From Alphaproteobacteria bacterium (GTDB lineage: Bacteria > Pseudomonadota > Alphaproteobacteria > UBA828), in contig CAXXMU010000002.1 in assembly GCA_963667785.2 (NCBI GenBank), forward strand, positions 416,001-480,000: DNA of 64,000 bases, given 5' to 3'. Under the pieces are notes generated by a model. The model did not search any database, was not told the origin of the DNA, and saw nothing but the letters and a program-made list of their open reading frames with translations. The position numbers and the translations under genes were made by a program. This document shows positions 52,168-61,560 of this stretch, in pieces; position 1 is the first letter of the stretch, and each line of letters begins with the position of its first letter.

Positions 52168-53670
52168 TGCCGCGTCCTTCTCCTTCCGTAGCAGCGGGTG
52201 GCCGACGGGTGCCTCGACGGCGGCCTCGGGGACGGGCTCTTCCCTGTCCTCGTCGCCGTCCGTTTCCGGCGCCGGCTCGTCGGCGGGCGTGTCGTCGGGC
52301 ATGTCGTCGGCGACGTCGGTCTCGGGCGCATCCGGGCGGGCGTCGTAGGCGACGCCTTCGGAGCAGGTCGGGCTGATGCGGCTCGGCGGGCCCAGCGACA
52401 GGAAGGCGTCGCGCGGAAGTCCGAGGGTCTGGCCGACCTCCGGCTCCACGTGGACCGTGCGCTGTGCGAGCGAGCCGCCGGCCTCCTCGACCACTTCGAC
52501 GATGAAGGCGCTGGCCACCGCCTGACGGTTCTCGTCCAGCGAAACCGGGCCGCCGAACGGCGTGTCCAGACGGAGCCCGGCGAGGGCCGCGCGCAGGCGC
52601 TCGTGCCCGTCGTCGAGAACGCCGCCGGCCTCGTCGAGGGCGAGAAGCAGCGCCCTGGTATTGACGTAGTAGGCGAGCGCAAAGAGGCTCGGCGTCCGGT
52701 CCGCGTCGGGGAAGCGCTCGTGATAGCGCTCCGCGAATGCAGCCAGGGCTTCGTTGTCGTCCTCTTCGGAGACGGGCAATGCCGACACCGCCCCGCGCAG
52801 CAGGGAGCGGATCGCAGGATCCGCCGCGAGCAGGCGGCTGTTTAGCGTGGTGGAGCCCGCGACGATGGCGGCCTCTCCTCCGGCCTCGGCGTAGGCGCCG
52901 AGGAAGCTCTCCGCGACGCGGGGAGAGAGTCCGAGGAACAGCGCATCCGCCTCGGTGCGGGCGACGGTCTCGGCGAGCTTGGCGGTATCGCCCGCGCCGG
53001 ACGTGACCCAGTGCTTGTCCAGCACCTGCCCGCCGAGGGTGCAGTACTCCAGCATGAACCCCATGAGCTGCGTGTAGGAGAGCGAATAGTCCTCGGCGAC
53101 CGCGACGATGGTGCGGATGCCCTTCCGCTCGTAGGCATGGCGCCCGAGGCCTCCGATCCACTGCATGCTGTCGGGGTTGAAGCGAAAGAAGTTCTCCGCC
53201 GGCGTGCGGAGCGTGGCGTCCGGCGAGGCCGACGCACCGTTGACGAAGGTCACCTGCGGCGCGCTCTTGGCGAAGTCGCGGATCGCGGTGCCCTCGATCC
53301 CGGCAAGCGGGCCGATGATGACGCTGGCGCCGCGCTCGATCAGCGCCCGCGCCTTGGCGGTCACGGAATCGGGCGTGCCGTCGGTGGATTCGACGAGTGC
53401 CTCCAGCGGCCGTCCGCCCACGCGCGCCTCGTGCTCCGCCATGGCCAGTTCGTGGCCGCGGATCGCATCCTGCCCGAGCGGCGCGAACGCTCCTTCCAGG
53501 GTCGCGAGCACGCCGATCGTCAGGACCTCGTCATCGGCCCCGGCGGGCGCGGTGTAAGAGAGGAGCGCACCGGCGATGATCGCCGGCGCCAGCAGGCGGA
53601 AGGCGCGCGCCGCGAGGCCCCGGATGCGCCCGCGGCGGTGGCTCGCCCGGCGAATGGGCGCGTTCGTCAC
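51757..53670 (-). CDS. Branched-chain-type ABC substrate-binding protein continuing without a stop into the VOC domain
   Basis: Signal peptide; IGVLATLEGAFAPLGQD, IIGPL, NFFRF, AEDYS; acidic linker; no stop before 51757. Confidence 0.75.
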   Translation of the reverse strand: MTNAPIRRASHRRGRIRGLAARAFRLLAPAIIAGALLSYTAPAGADDEVLTIGVLATLEGAFAPLGQDAIRGHELAMAEHEARVGGRPLEALVESTDGTPDSVTAKARALIERGASVIIGPLAGIEGTAIRDFAKSAPQVTFVNGASASPDATLRTPAENFFRFNPDSMQWIGGLGRHAYERKGIRTIVAVAEDYSLSYTQLMGFMLEYCTLGGQVLDKHWVTSGAGDTAKLAETVARTEADALFLGLSPRVAESFLGAYAEAGGEAAIVAGSTTLNSRLLAADPAIRSLLRGAVSALPVSEEDDNEALAAFAERYHERFPDADRTPSLFALAYYVNTRALLLALDEAGGVLDDGHERLRAALAGLRLDTPFGGPVSLDENRQAVASAFIVEVVEEAGGSLAQRTVHVEPEVGQTLGLPRDAFLSLGPPSRISPTCSEGVAYDARPDAPETDVADDMPDDTPADEPAPETDGDEDREEPVPEAAVEAPVGHPLLRKEKDAAMTTPAPHIVPCLSYRDAPAAIAWLKEAFGFTETMVVPGPDDTIAHAQLSFGSGMIMVVSERDEALALSSPCAVGGVTQAIYVVVEDADARYAQAVLAGAEIVRELEDTPYGSRDFSAKDPEGHLWHFGTYRPDLAE

Positions 53671-53903
53671 GCTCTGCCGATCATGGTGATGTTCAGACGA
53701 TCCGAGGCATGAAGAGACCCGCCGCGCGTCCCGCCGCTCGCGCGGCCCTGCTGCGAATCCTTATAGCGGCCCCTTTCGGCCATTGCCATGCGCCTCGCAG
53801 ACCATGACACTGGTGAGATATCCGGGCTACGCTAGGCACCAGAGGGCGGTCGGCGCACGGGCAGCGCGCCCGGGCCGACTCCCCGACGACGGAGGAGGCG
53901 AAC

Positions 53904-55202
53904 ATGGCAAAGACCACTGAGCATCGGAGACAGGGACCGAGCCGGCGGACGCTCTTGAAGGGCGCCGCGGCGGTGGCCGGCGTCGCGGCCGGCACCAAGG
54001 CTCTCGGCGGCTTTCCCACCGTCTGGGCCCAGGACACCAAGGACATCGTGATCAACCATTCCGGCATGTCCTACTCGACGATCATCCAGATCGCCGAGCA
54101 GGCGACGGTCGACCTGCCGTTCTCGGTGGAGATGTCCGTCACCGATCACGCCGGCATGCTCAACCGGCTGACCACGCAGTCCGATTCCATCGACGTCGCC
54201 GACATCGAGCTCTGGATGCGGGTCATCACCGTCCCGCGCGGCATCTACCAGGCGGTCGAGCCGGCCAAGATCACGCACTGGGACAAGGCGACGACGATCT
54301 ATCGGGACGGCCAGCTCGACGGCAAGCAGATCTCGCGTCAGGGGGTCTCGCCCCACGAGGTCATGTATTTCACCGATGCCGACGCGCGGGAAATCGCCGA
54401 CGGCAACACCGACTACGCCACCATGATCCCCGGCGTGTTCAACGCCGATACGCTCGGCATCCAGCCGGACGCCATCGGCCGCCCCATCAACAACTGGCAC
54501 GAGCTCTTCAACGAGGAGTTCAGCGGCCGCGCGGCGGGCATGGACATTCCGCCTATCATGATCATGGACGCGGCGCTCGCCATCGAATCCACCGGCGAAT
54601 ACACCTACGCCGACAAGGGCAACATGACCGAGGAAGAGATCACGATGACCGTCGACCGGCTCATCGATCTCAAGAAGAAGGGTCATTGGCGGGCGCTTTG
54701 GGGCACCTTCGACCAGTCGGTGCAGCTCATGACCTCGGGCGAGGTGGTCATCCAGTCGATGTGGTCGCCCGCGGTGACCGCCGTGCGTGCCCAGGGCGTG
54801 CCCTGCATCTATCAGCCGCTGGCTGAAGGCTATCGTGGCTGGGGCAACGGGCTCAGCCTGATGAGCCACCTCGAGGGCAAGAGGCTGGGCGCTGCCTACG
54901 ACTACCTCAACTGGTACTACAGCGGTTGGATGGGCGCCTTCATCGCCAAGCAGGGCTACTATCTCGGCGTCGCCGAGACGGCCAAGGCCTTCATGGAGCC
55001 CTACGAGTGGGATTACTGGTACGAGGGCAAGCCGGCGGAGGGCCCGATCCACGATCCCTACGGCACCCTGATGGAGAAGCCGGGGCACGTTCGCGACGGC
55101 GGGTCGTTCTCGCAGCGCTTCGGCAACATGGCCTGCTGGAACACGCTGATGGGCAACCACCAGTTCCTGCTCAAGAAGTGGACGGAGCTGCAGACGGCCT
55201 GA
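53904..55202 (+). CDS. Tat-exported ABC substrate-binding protein (PotD/PotF-like)
   Basis: SRRTLLKG Tat motif; NADTLG, IQSMWSPAVT, EGYRGWG, QGYY. Confidence 0.88.
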   Translation: MAKTTEHRRQGPSRRTLLKGAAAVAGVAAGTKALGGFPTVWAQDTKDIVINHSGMSYSTIIQIAEQATVDLPFSVEMSVTDHAGMLNRLTTQSDSIDVADIELWMRVITVPRGIYQAVEPAKITHWDKATTIYRDGQLDGKQISRQGVSPHEVMYFTDADAREIADGNTDYATMIPGVFNADTLGIQPDAIGRPINNWHELFNEEFSGRAAGMDIPPIMIMDAALAIESTGEYTYADKGNMTEEEITMTVDRLIDLKKKGHWRALWGTFDQSVQLMTSGEVVIQSMWSPAVTAVRAQGVPCIYQPLAEGYRGWGNGLSLMSHLEGKRLGAAYDYLNWYYSGWMGAFIAKQGYYLGVAETAKAFMEPYEWDYWYEGKPAEGPIHDPYGTLMEKPGHVRDGGSFSQRFGNMACWNTLMGNHQFLLKKWTELQTA

Positions 55203-55218
55203 GCAGGGTCATCCCTAC

Positions 55219-55246
55219 GGGCGGGGCCGGCGTGCCGGCCCCGCCC
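55219..55246 (+). terminator. GC-rich hairpin between SBP and permease (mRNA stabiliser/attenuator)
   Basis: GGCGGGGCCGGC-GT-GCCGGCCCCGCC followed by GATCTTTC. Confidence 0.5.
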
Positions 55247-55260
55247 CGATCTTTCGCCTG

Positions 55261-56154
55261 ATGCGATTCAGAGTCTCGCTGGGTAAGGGCACCGGCGCCA
55301 CGAGGCGGCCGGGGGTGAGGGCGGTGCCGCTCGGCCTCGCGCTGGCGGTCTTCTTCATCGTGCCGCTCGGCGTGCTGCTGGCGGTCAGCTTCTTCGAGAA
55401 CGACATGATCTTCGGCATGCGGCCCGCGCTCACGCCGGAGAGCTACGTCGATCTGTTCACCACCATGAACACGCTCTGGCTCTATCTCAGCACGCTGAAA
55501 TTCGCGGCGATCGTCTGGGCCGTCACGCTGCTGATCGGCTTCACCATCGCCTACTTCCTGGTGTTCCACGTCCGCTCGCTGCTGATCGCGATCGGGCTCT
55601 TCCTGCTTTGCACGGTGCCGTTCTGGACCTCGAACATCATCCGCATGATCTCGTGGATACCGCTGCTGGGGAAGCAGGGGCTGGTCAACCAGGCGCTGAT
55701 GGGCCTCGGCATCGTCGACGACCCGGTGGAGTGGCTGCTCTTTTCCGACTTCTCGGTAGTGCTGAGCTACGTCCACCTCTTCACGCTGTTCATGATCGTC
55801 CCGATCTTCAACTCGATGGCGCGAATCGACAAGGCGCTGATCGAGGCGGCGCGGGACGCGGGCGCAAGCTCGTTCCGCATCATGTGGGAAGTCATCGTGC
55901 CGCTTTCCCGCAGCGGCATCGCGCTCGGCTCCATCTTCGTCATCGTGCTGGTGATGGGCGACTTCTTCGTCATCAAGGTGATGAGCGGCGGGCGCAGCGC
56001 TTCCGTCGTCTCGTCCATCTTCGAGGACATCAACGTGCTGCTCTACCCGTCCGGAGCGGCGAGTGCCGTGGTGCTGCTGATCGTGGTCGTGATGATGGTG
56101 ATGGGCGTGCTGCGGGTGGTCAACATCCGCAGGGAACTCGCGGGCGCCAGGTAG
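55261..56154 (+). CDS. ABC transporter permease (PotB-like)
   Basis: PFWTSNIIR, LIEAARDAGAS EAA motif. Confidence 0.9.
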   Translation: MRFRVSLGKGTGATRRPGVRAVPLGLALAVFFIVPLGVLLAVSFFENDMIFGMRPALTPESYVDLFTTMNTLWLYLSTLKFAAIVWAVTLLIGFTIAYFLVFHVRSLLIAIGLFLLCTVPFWTSNIIRMISWIPLLGKQGLVNQALMGLGIVDDPVEWLLFSDFSVVLSYVHLFTLFMIVPIFNSMARIDKALIEAARDAGASSFRIMWEVIVPLSRSGIALGSIFVIVLVMGDFFVIKVMSGGRSASVVSSIFEDINVLLYPSGAASAVVLLIVVVMMVMGVLRVVNIRRELAGAR

Positions 56155-56162
56155 GAGGGGGC

Positions 56163-57017
56163 ATGGCGCGATCGGCGAAGTCCCACAAGCCCAGGCCCTG
56201 GACCTTCTATCCGCTGGCGGCGTTCTTCGGGTTGTTCGTGCTGTTCCTCTATGGCCCGATGTTCTGCATCTACATCCTGTCGTTCCAGGGGCCGAACGCC
56301 TCGCTGGTGTTCCCCATGCAGGGGCTCTCGCTGCACTGGTTCGAGGCCCTGTTCGGCCAGGCGCGCACCGGCGACGTGGGTGGCGCGTTCGCGCGCTCGC
56401 TGCCGCTCTCACTCATCATCCTCGCGATCACCGTGCTCTTTTCGGTGGCGGCGGGGCTCGCGTTCCGCAGCCGGTTCTTCGGCAACTCGGTGATCTTCTA
56501 CACGGCGATCGGGAGCCTCGTGGTGCCGGGCCTCGTGCTCGGCGTCGGCATCACGCTGCTGCTCCAGCTCCTCGGCTGGAACGCGCATTGGTACTCGTCT
56601 GCGCTCGGCGCGCACCTCACCTGGACGCTGCCCTTCGGGCTGCTCATCATGTTCGCCGTGCTGAGCCGCTTCGATCCGCGCGTGGAGGAGGCGGCACGCG
56701 ACCTCGGCGCAAGCAACCTGCAGTCCCTGCGCTACGTGATGATCCCGATCCTGCTGCCGGGCATCATCGCGGTGGCGCTCTTCGGCTTCACCCTTTCCTA
56801 CGACGAGTTCCCGCGCAGCACCTTCACGGTCGGTGCCCGCAACACGCTGCCGCTTGAGATCTGGAGCATGACCACCAACATCACCTCGCCCGCGCTCTAC
56901 GCGCTCGGAACGGTGACGACGGCGATTTCCTTCTTCATCATCGCCGTCTCGCTGACGGCGATCGGCCTGATCCAGGCGAGGCGGCAGCGCGCCTTGCGGA
57001 GGAGGGAGGGGTCCTAA
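56163..57017 (+). CDS. ABC transporter permease (PotC-like)
   Basis: LFLYGP, EEAARDLGAS, FTLSYDEF, TLPLEIW. Confidence 0.9.
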   Translation: MARSAKSHKPRPWTFYPLAAFFGLFVLFLYGPMFCIYILSFQGPNASLVFPMQGLSLHWFEALFGQARTGDVGGAFARSLPLSLIILAITVLFSVAAGLAFRSRFFGNSVIFYTAIGSLVVPGLVLGVGITLLLQLLGWNAHWYSSALGAHLTWTLPFGLLIMFAVLSRFDPRVEEAARDLGASNLQSLRYVMIPILLPGIIAVALFGFTLSYDEFPRSTFTVGARNTLPLEIWSMTTNITSPALYALGTVTTAISFFIIAVSLTAIGLIQARRQRALRRREGS

Positions 57018-57020
57018 GCA

Positions 57021-57454
57021 CTAGGGCATTATTCGTTCAGACGCGATCGCAGCGAGCTGCCGCGGGTGCCCACTCCCCGTCCGCGCACGCCGGATACCCC
57101 GCACCATGGTGCGGTGCCGCTCGTGCGAGTACCGTGCGAGGGTCGCGGCATGACGTGCGGGAGCGGGGACGGGCGGGAAGGAGCGGGGCGCGGCAGTGGA
57201 GCCGGTGCTCAAGTGGGAGTCAAAGTGGGATATGGAGGCCGCCTGTCCCGCCGGAATCCCTCGTTATCCCACGAAATCCCGCATGCCCCCCCTCCGGCGA
57301 ATCCCACTTCCGTCGCCACAGCGGGGCGCGACGGTCGGCCCCCGTCGCGTCATGGCCGGCCCCCGGACCGAGTCCGCATGAACGAAGGGAGGGGTCGGGG
57401 GGAGCGACTGTCGTTCGAGCCGTGGTGACCTCGTATGGTCGGATCGTGCTCTAG
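57021..57454. repeat. MITE/RIME-like non-coding element bounded by CTAG(A/G)GCA inverted termini
   Basis: Left CTAGGGCA (57021), right TGCTCTAG (57447-57454); internal palindromes and phased GGGA(T) repeats; lies between convergent genes. Confidence 0.5.
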
Positions 57455-57469
57455 CCTCGAGTTGCGCCT

Positions 57470-58009
57470 TCAGGTCCTCTGGCGCGTCACCATCCGCTTC
57501 GTCCCCTCGTAGCGGAGGCTCTTGCAGAGGCGGGCGAAGCCGTCGAGGTTCTCCACGATGCGGGCGAAGATGCAGCCCTGGTTGGGATGGGGCGTGTCGC
57601 CGTACCAGAGCGTGGTGGGGAAGCGCATGCCGGCATGGCGGCCGTAGGCGAAGGTGACCTCCTTGAGCCAGGGGTCCCAGATGAAGTCTCCGGGCGCCAT
57701 GCGGGTCTGCCGGTTCTCCAACTCGTAGCCGAGCGCCGGCACCATGTCGACGCGATCGAGGTAGAAGGCGGCGTGGCCGAAGAAGGCGCAATGGATGATG
57801 TAGGCGTCGATCGGCATCATCTGCCAGAAGGCATCGCAGGTTTTGGGTGCGGCGGTCTCGAGCAGCGCGCCGACACAGAACTCGCCGTCGATCTCGATCT
57901 CGAAACGGCGGAAATGGTCGGGGACGTCGTTGGGAATCTCGAACTGGTCGTACCACCACTCGTCCCACATCTCGCGCTGCGCAACCGTGTCGGCCGTCTT
58001 GTCCGCCAT
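57470..58009 (-). CDS. DUF3830-like (cyclophilin-fold) protein
   Basis: AAPKTCDAF..MMP....IH, LEN.....PGD, FAYG, FARIVENLDGFA..C..L..EG.K; AGGAGG RBS before ATG 58009. Confidence 0.7.
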   Translation of the reverse strand: MADKTADTVAQREMWDEWWYDQFEIPNDVPDHFRRFEIEIDGEFCVGALLETAAPKTCDAFWQMMPIDAYIIHCAFFGHAAFYLDRVDMVPALGYELENRQTRMAPGDFIWDPWLKEVTFAYGRHAGMRFPTTLWYGDTPHPNQGCIFARIVENLDGFARLCKSLRYEGTKRMVTRQRT

Positions 58010-58068
58010 GAATGCCTCCTTCGTTTTGGCCCCTGTGTGTGGCGCGTGGCCGACTATAATAGCGCGCC

Positions 58069-59448
58069 ATGAACCTACATCGGATGCTCGAGGAGCGCGC
58101 CCGGGCGGGGAAGCCCGTGCGCGTCGGCCTGATCGGCGCCGGCAAGTTCGGCACCATGTTTCTCGCCCAGGCCAGGCGCACGCCCGGCCTCCATGTGATC
58201 GCGGTGGCCGACCTCGCGCCTGCCCGCGCCGACGCCGCGCTCGCCCGCGCCGGCTGGTCGGCGGAGGAACGCGGCGCTCCCTCCTTCGCCGCCGCGCTGG
58301 AGCGAGGCGGCACCCACGTCTGCGACGATGCATACGCGCTGATCGCGGCGGACGGGCTCGACGTGGCGATCGACGCGACCGGGCAGCCGGCCGCCGGAAT
58401 CGCCCATGCCCGTGCGTGCTTCGCGGCCGGGCGCCACGTGGTGATGGTCAACGTCGAGGCCGATGCGCTCGCCGGCCCCCTGCTCGCGCGGGAGGCGGCC
58501 GAGGCCGGCGTCGTCTATTCGCTCGCCTACGGCGACCAGCCGGCGCTGATCGCGGAGATGGTCGACTGGGCGCGGGCCTCGGGCCTCGATGTGATCGCCG
58601 CCGGCAAGGGCACGCGCTATCTGCCGGGCTTCCACCACGTGACGCCGGACGACGTCTGGACCCACTACGGGCTGACCCCGGCCGAAGCCGAGGCCGGCGG
58701 CATGAACCCGCAGATGTTCAACTCCTTCCTCGACGGCACCAAGTCGGCGATCGAGATGGCCGCGGTCGCCAACGCCACGGGCCTGACGCCGGCGCCGGAC
58801 GGGCTCGGCTTCCCGCCGTGTGCGACCGACGAGCTGGCAGAGGTGCTGCGGCCGCGCGAGGACGGCGGCACGCTGCACCACAAGGGCCAGGTCGAGGTGA
58901 TCGCGAGCGAGAGGCGGGACGGCAGCGCCATCGACGCGCATCTGCGCTGGGGCGTCTATGCGGTGTTCGAGGCGGGCACCCACTATGTCGCCGCCTGCTT
59001 CCGCGAGTACGGGCTGCAGACCGATTCCACCGGGCGCTATGCCGCGATGTACAAGCCCTATCACCTGATCGGGCTGGAGCTCGGCATCTCCGTGGCGAGC
59101 GTCGCGTTGCGCGGGGAGCCGACGGGTGCCCCCACCGGCTTCCGGGCCGATGCCGTTGCCTGCACCAAGGCCCATCTGCAGGCCGGCACGCGGCTGGATG
59201 GCGAAGGGGGCTACACCGTCTACGGCCGGCTGATGCCGGCGGCGGCGAGCCTCGCAGGCGGTCATCTGCCCATCGGGCTTGCGCACGGGGTCGAGCTGAA
59301 GCGCGCGGTCGAGCCCGACACGCCGCTGACCTGGGACGACGTGACCGCTGCCGAGGGCGCTGCGGCAGACGCGGTGGACGCGAGGCGCGCCATGGAGGCG
59401 GCGTTCGCGCCGGACGAGCCGGCACGCACGGCGCGCGCCGGTGCCTGA
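58069..59448 (+). CDS. Homoserine-dehydrogenase-like NAD(P)-dependent oxidoreductase with C-terminal SAF domain
   Basis: LIGAGKFG, MVNVEAD, AYGDQPA, FLDGTKSAIEM, PYHLIGLE, LDGEGGYTVYG. Confidence 0.88.
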   Translation: MNLHRMLEERARAGKPVRVGLIGAGKFGTMFLAQARRTPGLHVIAVADLAPARADAALARAGWSAEERGAPSFAAALERGGTHVCDDAYALIAADGLDVAIDATGQPAAGIAHARACFAAGRHVVMVNVEADALAGPLLAREAAEAGVVYSLAYGDQPALIAEMVDWARASGLDVIAAGKGTRYLPGFHHVTPDDVWTHYGLTPAEAEAGGMNPQMFNSFLDGTKSAIEMAAVANATGLTPAPDGLGFPPCATDELAEVLRPREDGGTLHHKGQVEVIASERRDGSAIDAHLRWGVYAVFEAGTHYVAACFREYGLQTDSTGRYAAMYKPYHLIGLELGISVASVALRGEPTGAPTGFRADAVACTKAHLQAGTRLDGEGGYTVYGRLMPAAASLAGGHLPIGLAHGVELKRAVEPDTPLTWDDVTAAEGAAADAVDARRAMEAAFAPDEPARTARAGA

Positions 59449-59461
59449 GGGAAGGGGGACC

Positions 59462-60286
59462 ATGCCGAAGCATCTTTCGGAAGAGGCGATCGCGGCGTAC
59501 GAGCGCGACGGGTACTACTTTCCGTTGCGGGCGATCCCGGCGCCGGACGCGCACGCGATCCGCGCAGACGTCGAGGCCGCCGAGCGCCACTTCGCCGAGC
59601 GGGGCGAGCGCATGCGCCACCGGCCCCACCTGCTGGTGACCGCGCTCGACCGCCTGATCCGCAACGAGGCGGTGCTGGACGCGGTCGAGGACCTGATCGG
59701 CCCCAACATCCTCTGCTGGACCTCTCTCTTCTTCACCAAGGACGCGCACGATCCGGCCTTCGTCTCGTGGCACCAGGATTCGACCTATTGGGGCCTCAGC
59801 ACCGCCGAGGTGGTGACGGCCTGGATCGCCCTCTCGCCCAGCACCGTCGAATCGGGGGCCATGCGGTTCGCGCCCGGCACCCACAAGCTGGACCAGATCC
59901 CCCATCGCGACACCTTCGACGAGCACAACATGCTCACCCGGGGCCAGATCGTCGCGCACGAGGTGGACGAAGAGGCGGCGGTGGATGTCGTCCTGCAGCC
60001 GGGCGAGGCCTCGCTGCACCATGTCCGCCTGATCCACGGCTCCGGCCCCAACGACTCGGACGACCGGCGCATCGGCTTCGCCGTCCGCTACATCCCGACC
60101 CATGTGCGCAACGTCGTCGGCCGCGACTACGCGGCGCTGGTGCGCGGCGTCGACGACTTCGGCTATTTCGACGCCGAGCGCCGGCCGGTGCGCGATCTGG
60201 AACCCGAGGCGCTGGCGGCCTACGAGGCCGCGAACGCGAGCCACAACGCCGTACTCTACGCCGGCGCGGCCCAGATGCGCGGTTGA
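59462..60286 (+). CDS. Phytanoyl-CoA dioxygenase-family 2OG/Fe(II) oxygenase
   Basis: YERDGY, SWHQDSTYW (HxD), TAWIAL, LIHGSGPN.SDDRRIG. Confidence 0.9.
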   Translation: MPKHLSEEAIAAYERDGYYFPLRAIPAPDAHAIRADVEAAERHFAERGERMRHRPHLLVTALDRLIRNEAVLDAVEDLIGPNILCWTSLFFTKDAHDPAFVSWHQDSTYWGLSTAEVVTAWIALSPSTVESGAMRFAPGTHKLDQIPHRDTFDEHNMLTRGQIVAHEVDEEAAVDVVLQPGEASLHHVRLIHGSGPNDSDDRRIGFAVRYIPTHVRNVVGRDYAALVRGVDDFGYFDAERRPVRDLEPEALAAYEAANASHNAVLYAGAAQMRG

Positions 60287-60324
60287 CCTTCGCCCCGCTG
60301 CGCCGGCGCCCGCCGGGGCTGCAC

Positions 60325-61560
60325 TCAACGGGCCTGGTGGACCGTGCCGTCGGCTTCGAGGGCCTCGATCTCGCCCGCGTCGTAGCCGACCTCCGCCAGG
60401 ATGGCGGTGGTATCGGCGCCGAGCGCGGGCGCGGCGCTACGCGGCATGACGGCGCCATCCACCGTTATCGGCTGGCGGACCAGGCGCATCGTGCCGCGCT
60501 CCGGATGCGCCACCTCCTGCACGATACGCCGTTGCTCGGCGAAGCCGCTCGCGAGGGCGCCGGCGACATCGTTGACCGGCGCGATGGGGAGGACGCCCGA
60601 GAGCCGCTCCAGCCACGCCTCGGTGGTGCGCGTCTGGAACACCGCCTCCAGCCGGCGCACGACCTCGTCCCGGTTCTCGTAGCGCGCGGCGAAATCCCGC
60701 ATCAAGGGATCGTCGATCCATTCCGGCCGCTCCATGGCGCGGCAGAGCGCGGGCCAGAAATTGGCCTTGTTGGCCATGACGAAGAGCCAGCCATCCTCGG
60801 TGCGATAGAGCTCGCTCGGTACCAGCGAGGGATGGCCGGAGCGTGCCACCCGCTTCGGCTCGAAGCCCTCGTTGAGGTGCCAGGTCGCCGGGTAGCTCAG
60901 ATTGTTCATGGCCACATCGTAGAGCGGGGTGTCGATGTCCATGCCCTGGCCGGTGGCGCGCGCCCGCATGACGCCGGAGACCAGCGCGAGCGCTGCCGTG
61001 AGCCCGCCCATGAAGTCGACGATCGAGAGTCCGAAGCGGGTCGGCACGCTGTCCGGCTCGCCGGTCATGGAGAGGTAACCGGCCTCGGCCTGCATCACAT
61101 AGTCGAGGCCGGGCCAGGCGGCGCGCTCGTTCTCGCGGCCGTAGGCCGAGAGGTGCACGCAGACGAGGCGCGGGTTGGCGGCTGCGAGGCTCGCATGGTC
61201 GAGCCCGAGCGTGCCCGGCAGATCGCCGCGCAGGTTGTTGATCAGCGCGTCGGCACGGGCCGCCAGCCGCTCCAGCACCTCGCGGCCGCGCGGCATCTTG
61301 AGGTCCAGCGCCAGGCAGCGCTTGTTGCAGCTAAAGGTCTGGTAGAAGAGGCTGTCGCCGTCCTCGGCGTAGGGCAGGACGTGGCGGCCCATTTCGCCGC
61401 CAGTCTTGTGGTTCTCGATCTTGATGACGTCGGCACCGAGGTCGGCAAGGTACATGGTACCGAAGGGGGCCGCGCCGTACTGCTCGATGGAGACGACCGT
61501 GAGCCCTTCGAGCGGCCGGACCGGGGCCGCCTGCGGCGCTGTGACGTCCTCGTCGCTCAC
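60325..61560 (-). CDS. CaiB/BaiF (family III) CoA-transferase
   Basis: PLEGLTV, LADLGADVIKIE, NKR.LALDLK, GLDYVMQAEAG, APALGADT; GTGA overlap with the ACAD. Confidence 0.92.
   Translation of the reverse strand: MSDEDVTAPQAAPVRPLEGLTVVSIEQYGAAPFGTMYLADLGADVIKIENHKTGGEMGRHVLPYAEDGDSLFYQTFSCNKRCLALDLKMPRGREVLERLAARADALINNLRGDLPGTLGLDHASLAAANPRLVCVHLSAYGRENERAAWPGLDYVMQAEAGYLSMTGEPDSVPTRFGLSIVDFMGGLTAALALVSGVMRARATGQGMDIDTPLYDVAMNNLSYPATWHLNEGFEPKRVARSGHPSLVPSELYRTEDGWLFVMANKANFWPALCRAMERPEWIDDPLMRDFAARYENRDEVVRRLEAVFQTRTTEAWLERLSGVLPIAPVNDVAGALASGFAEQRRIVQEVAHPERGTMRLVRQPITVDGAVMPRSAAPALGADTTAILAEVGYDAGEIEALEADGTVHQAR

Noticed and set aside
57021-57454. RNase P RNA, tmRNA, 6S RNA or CRISPR array
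   Set aside because: No GAGGAAAGTCC RNase P signature, no tRNA-like ends, and no regularly spaced 25-45-nt repeats with spacers.
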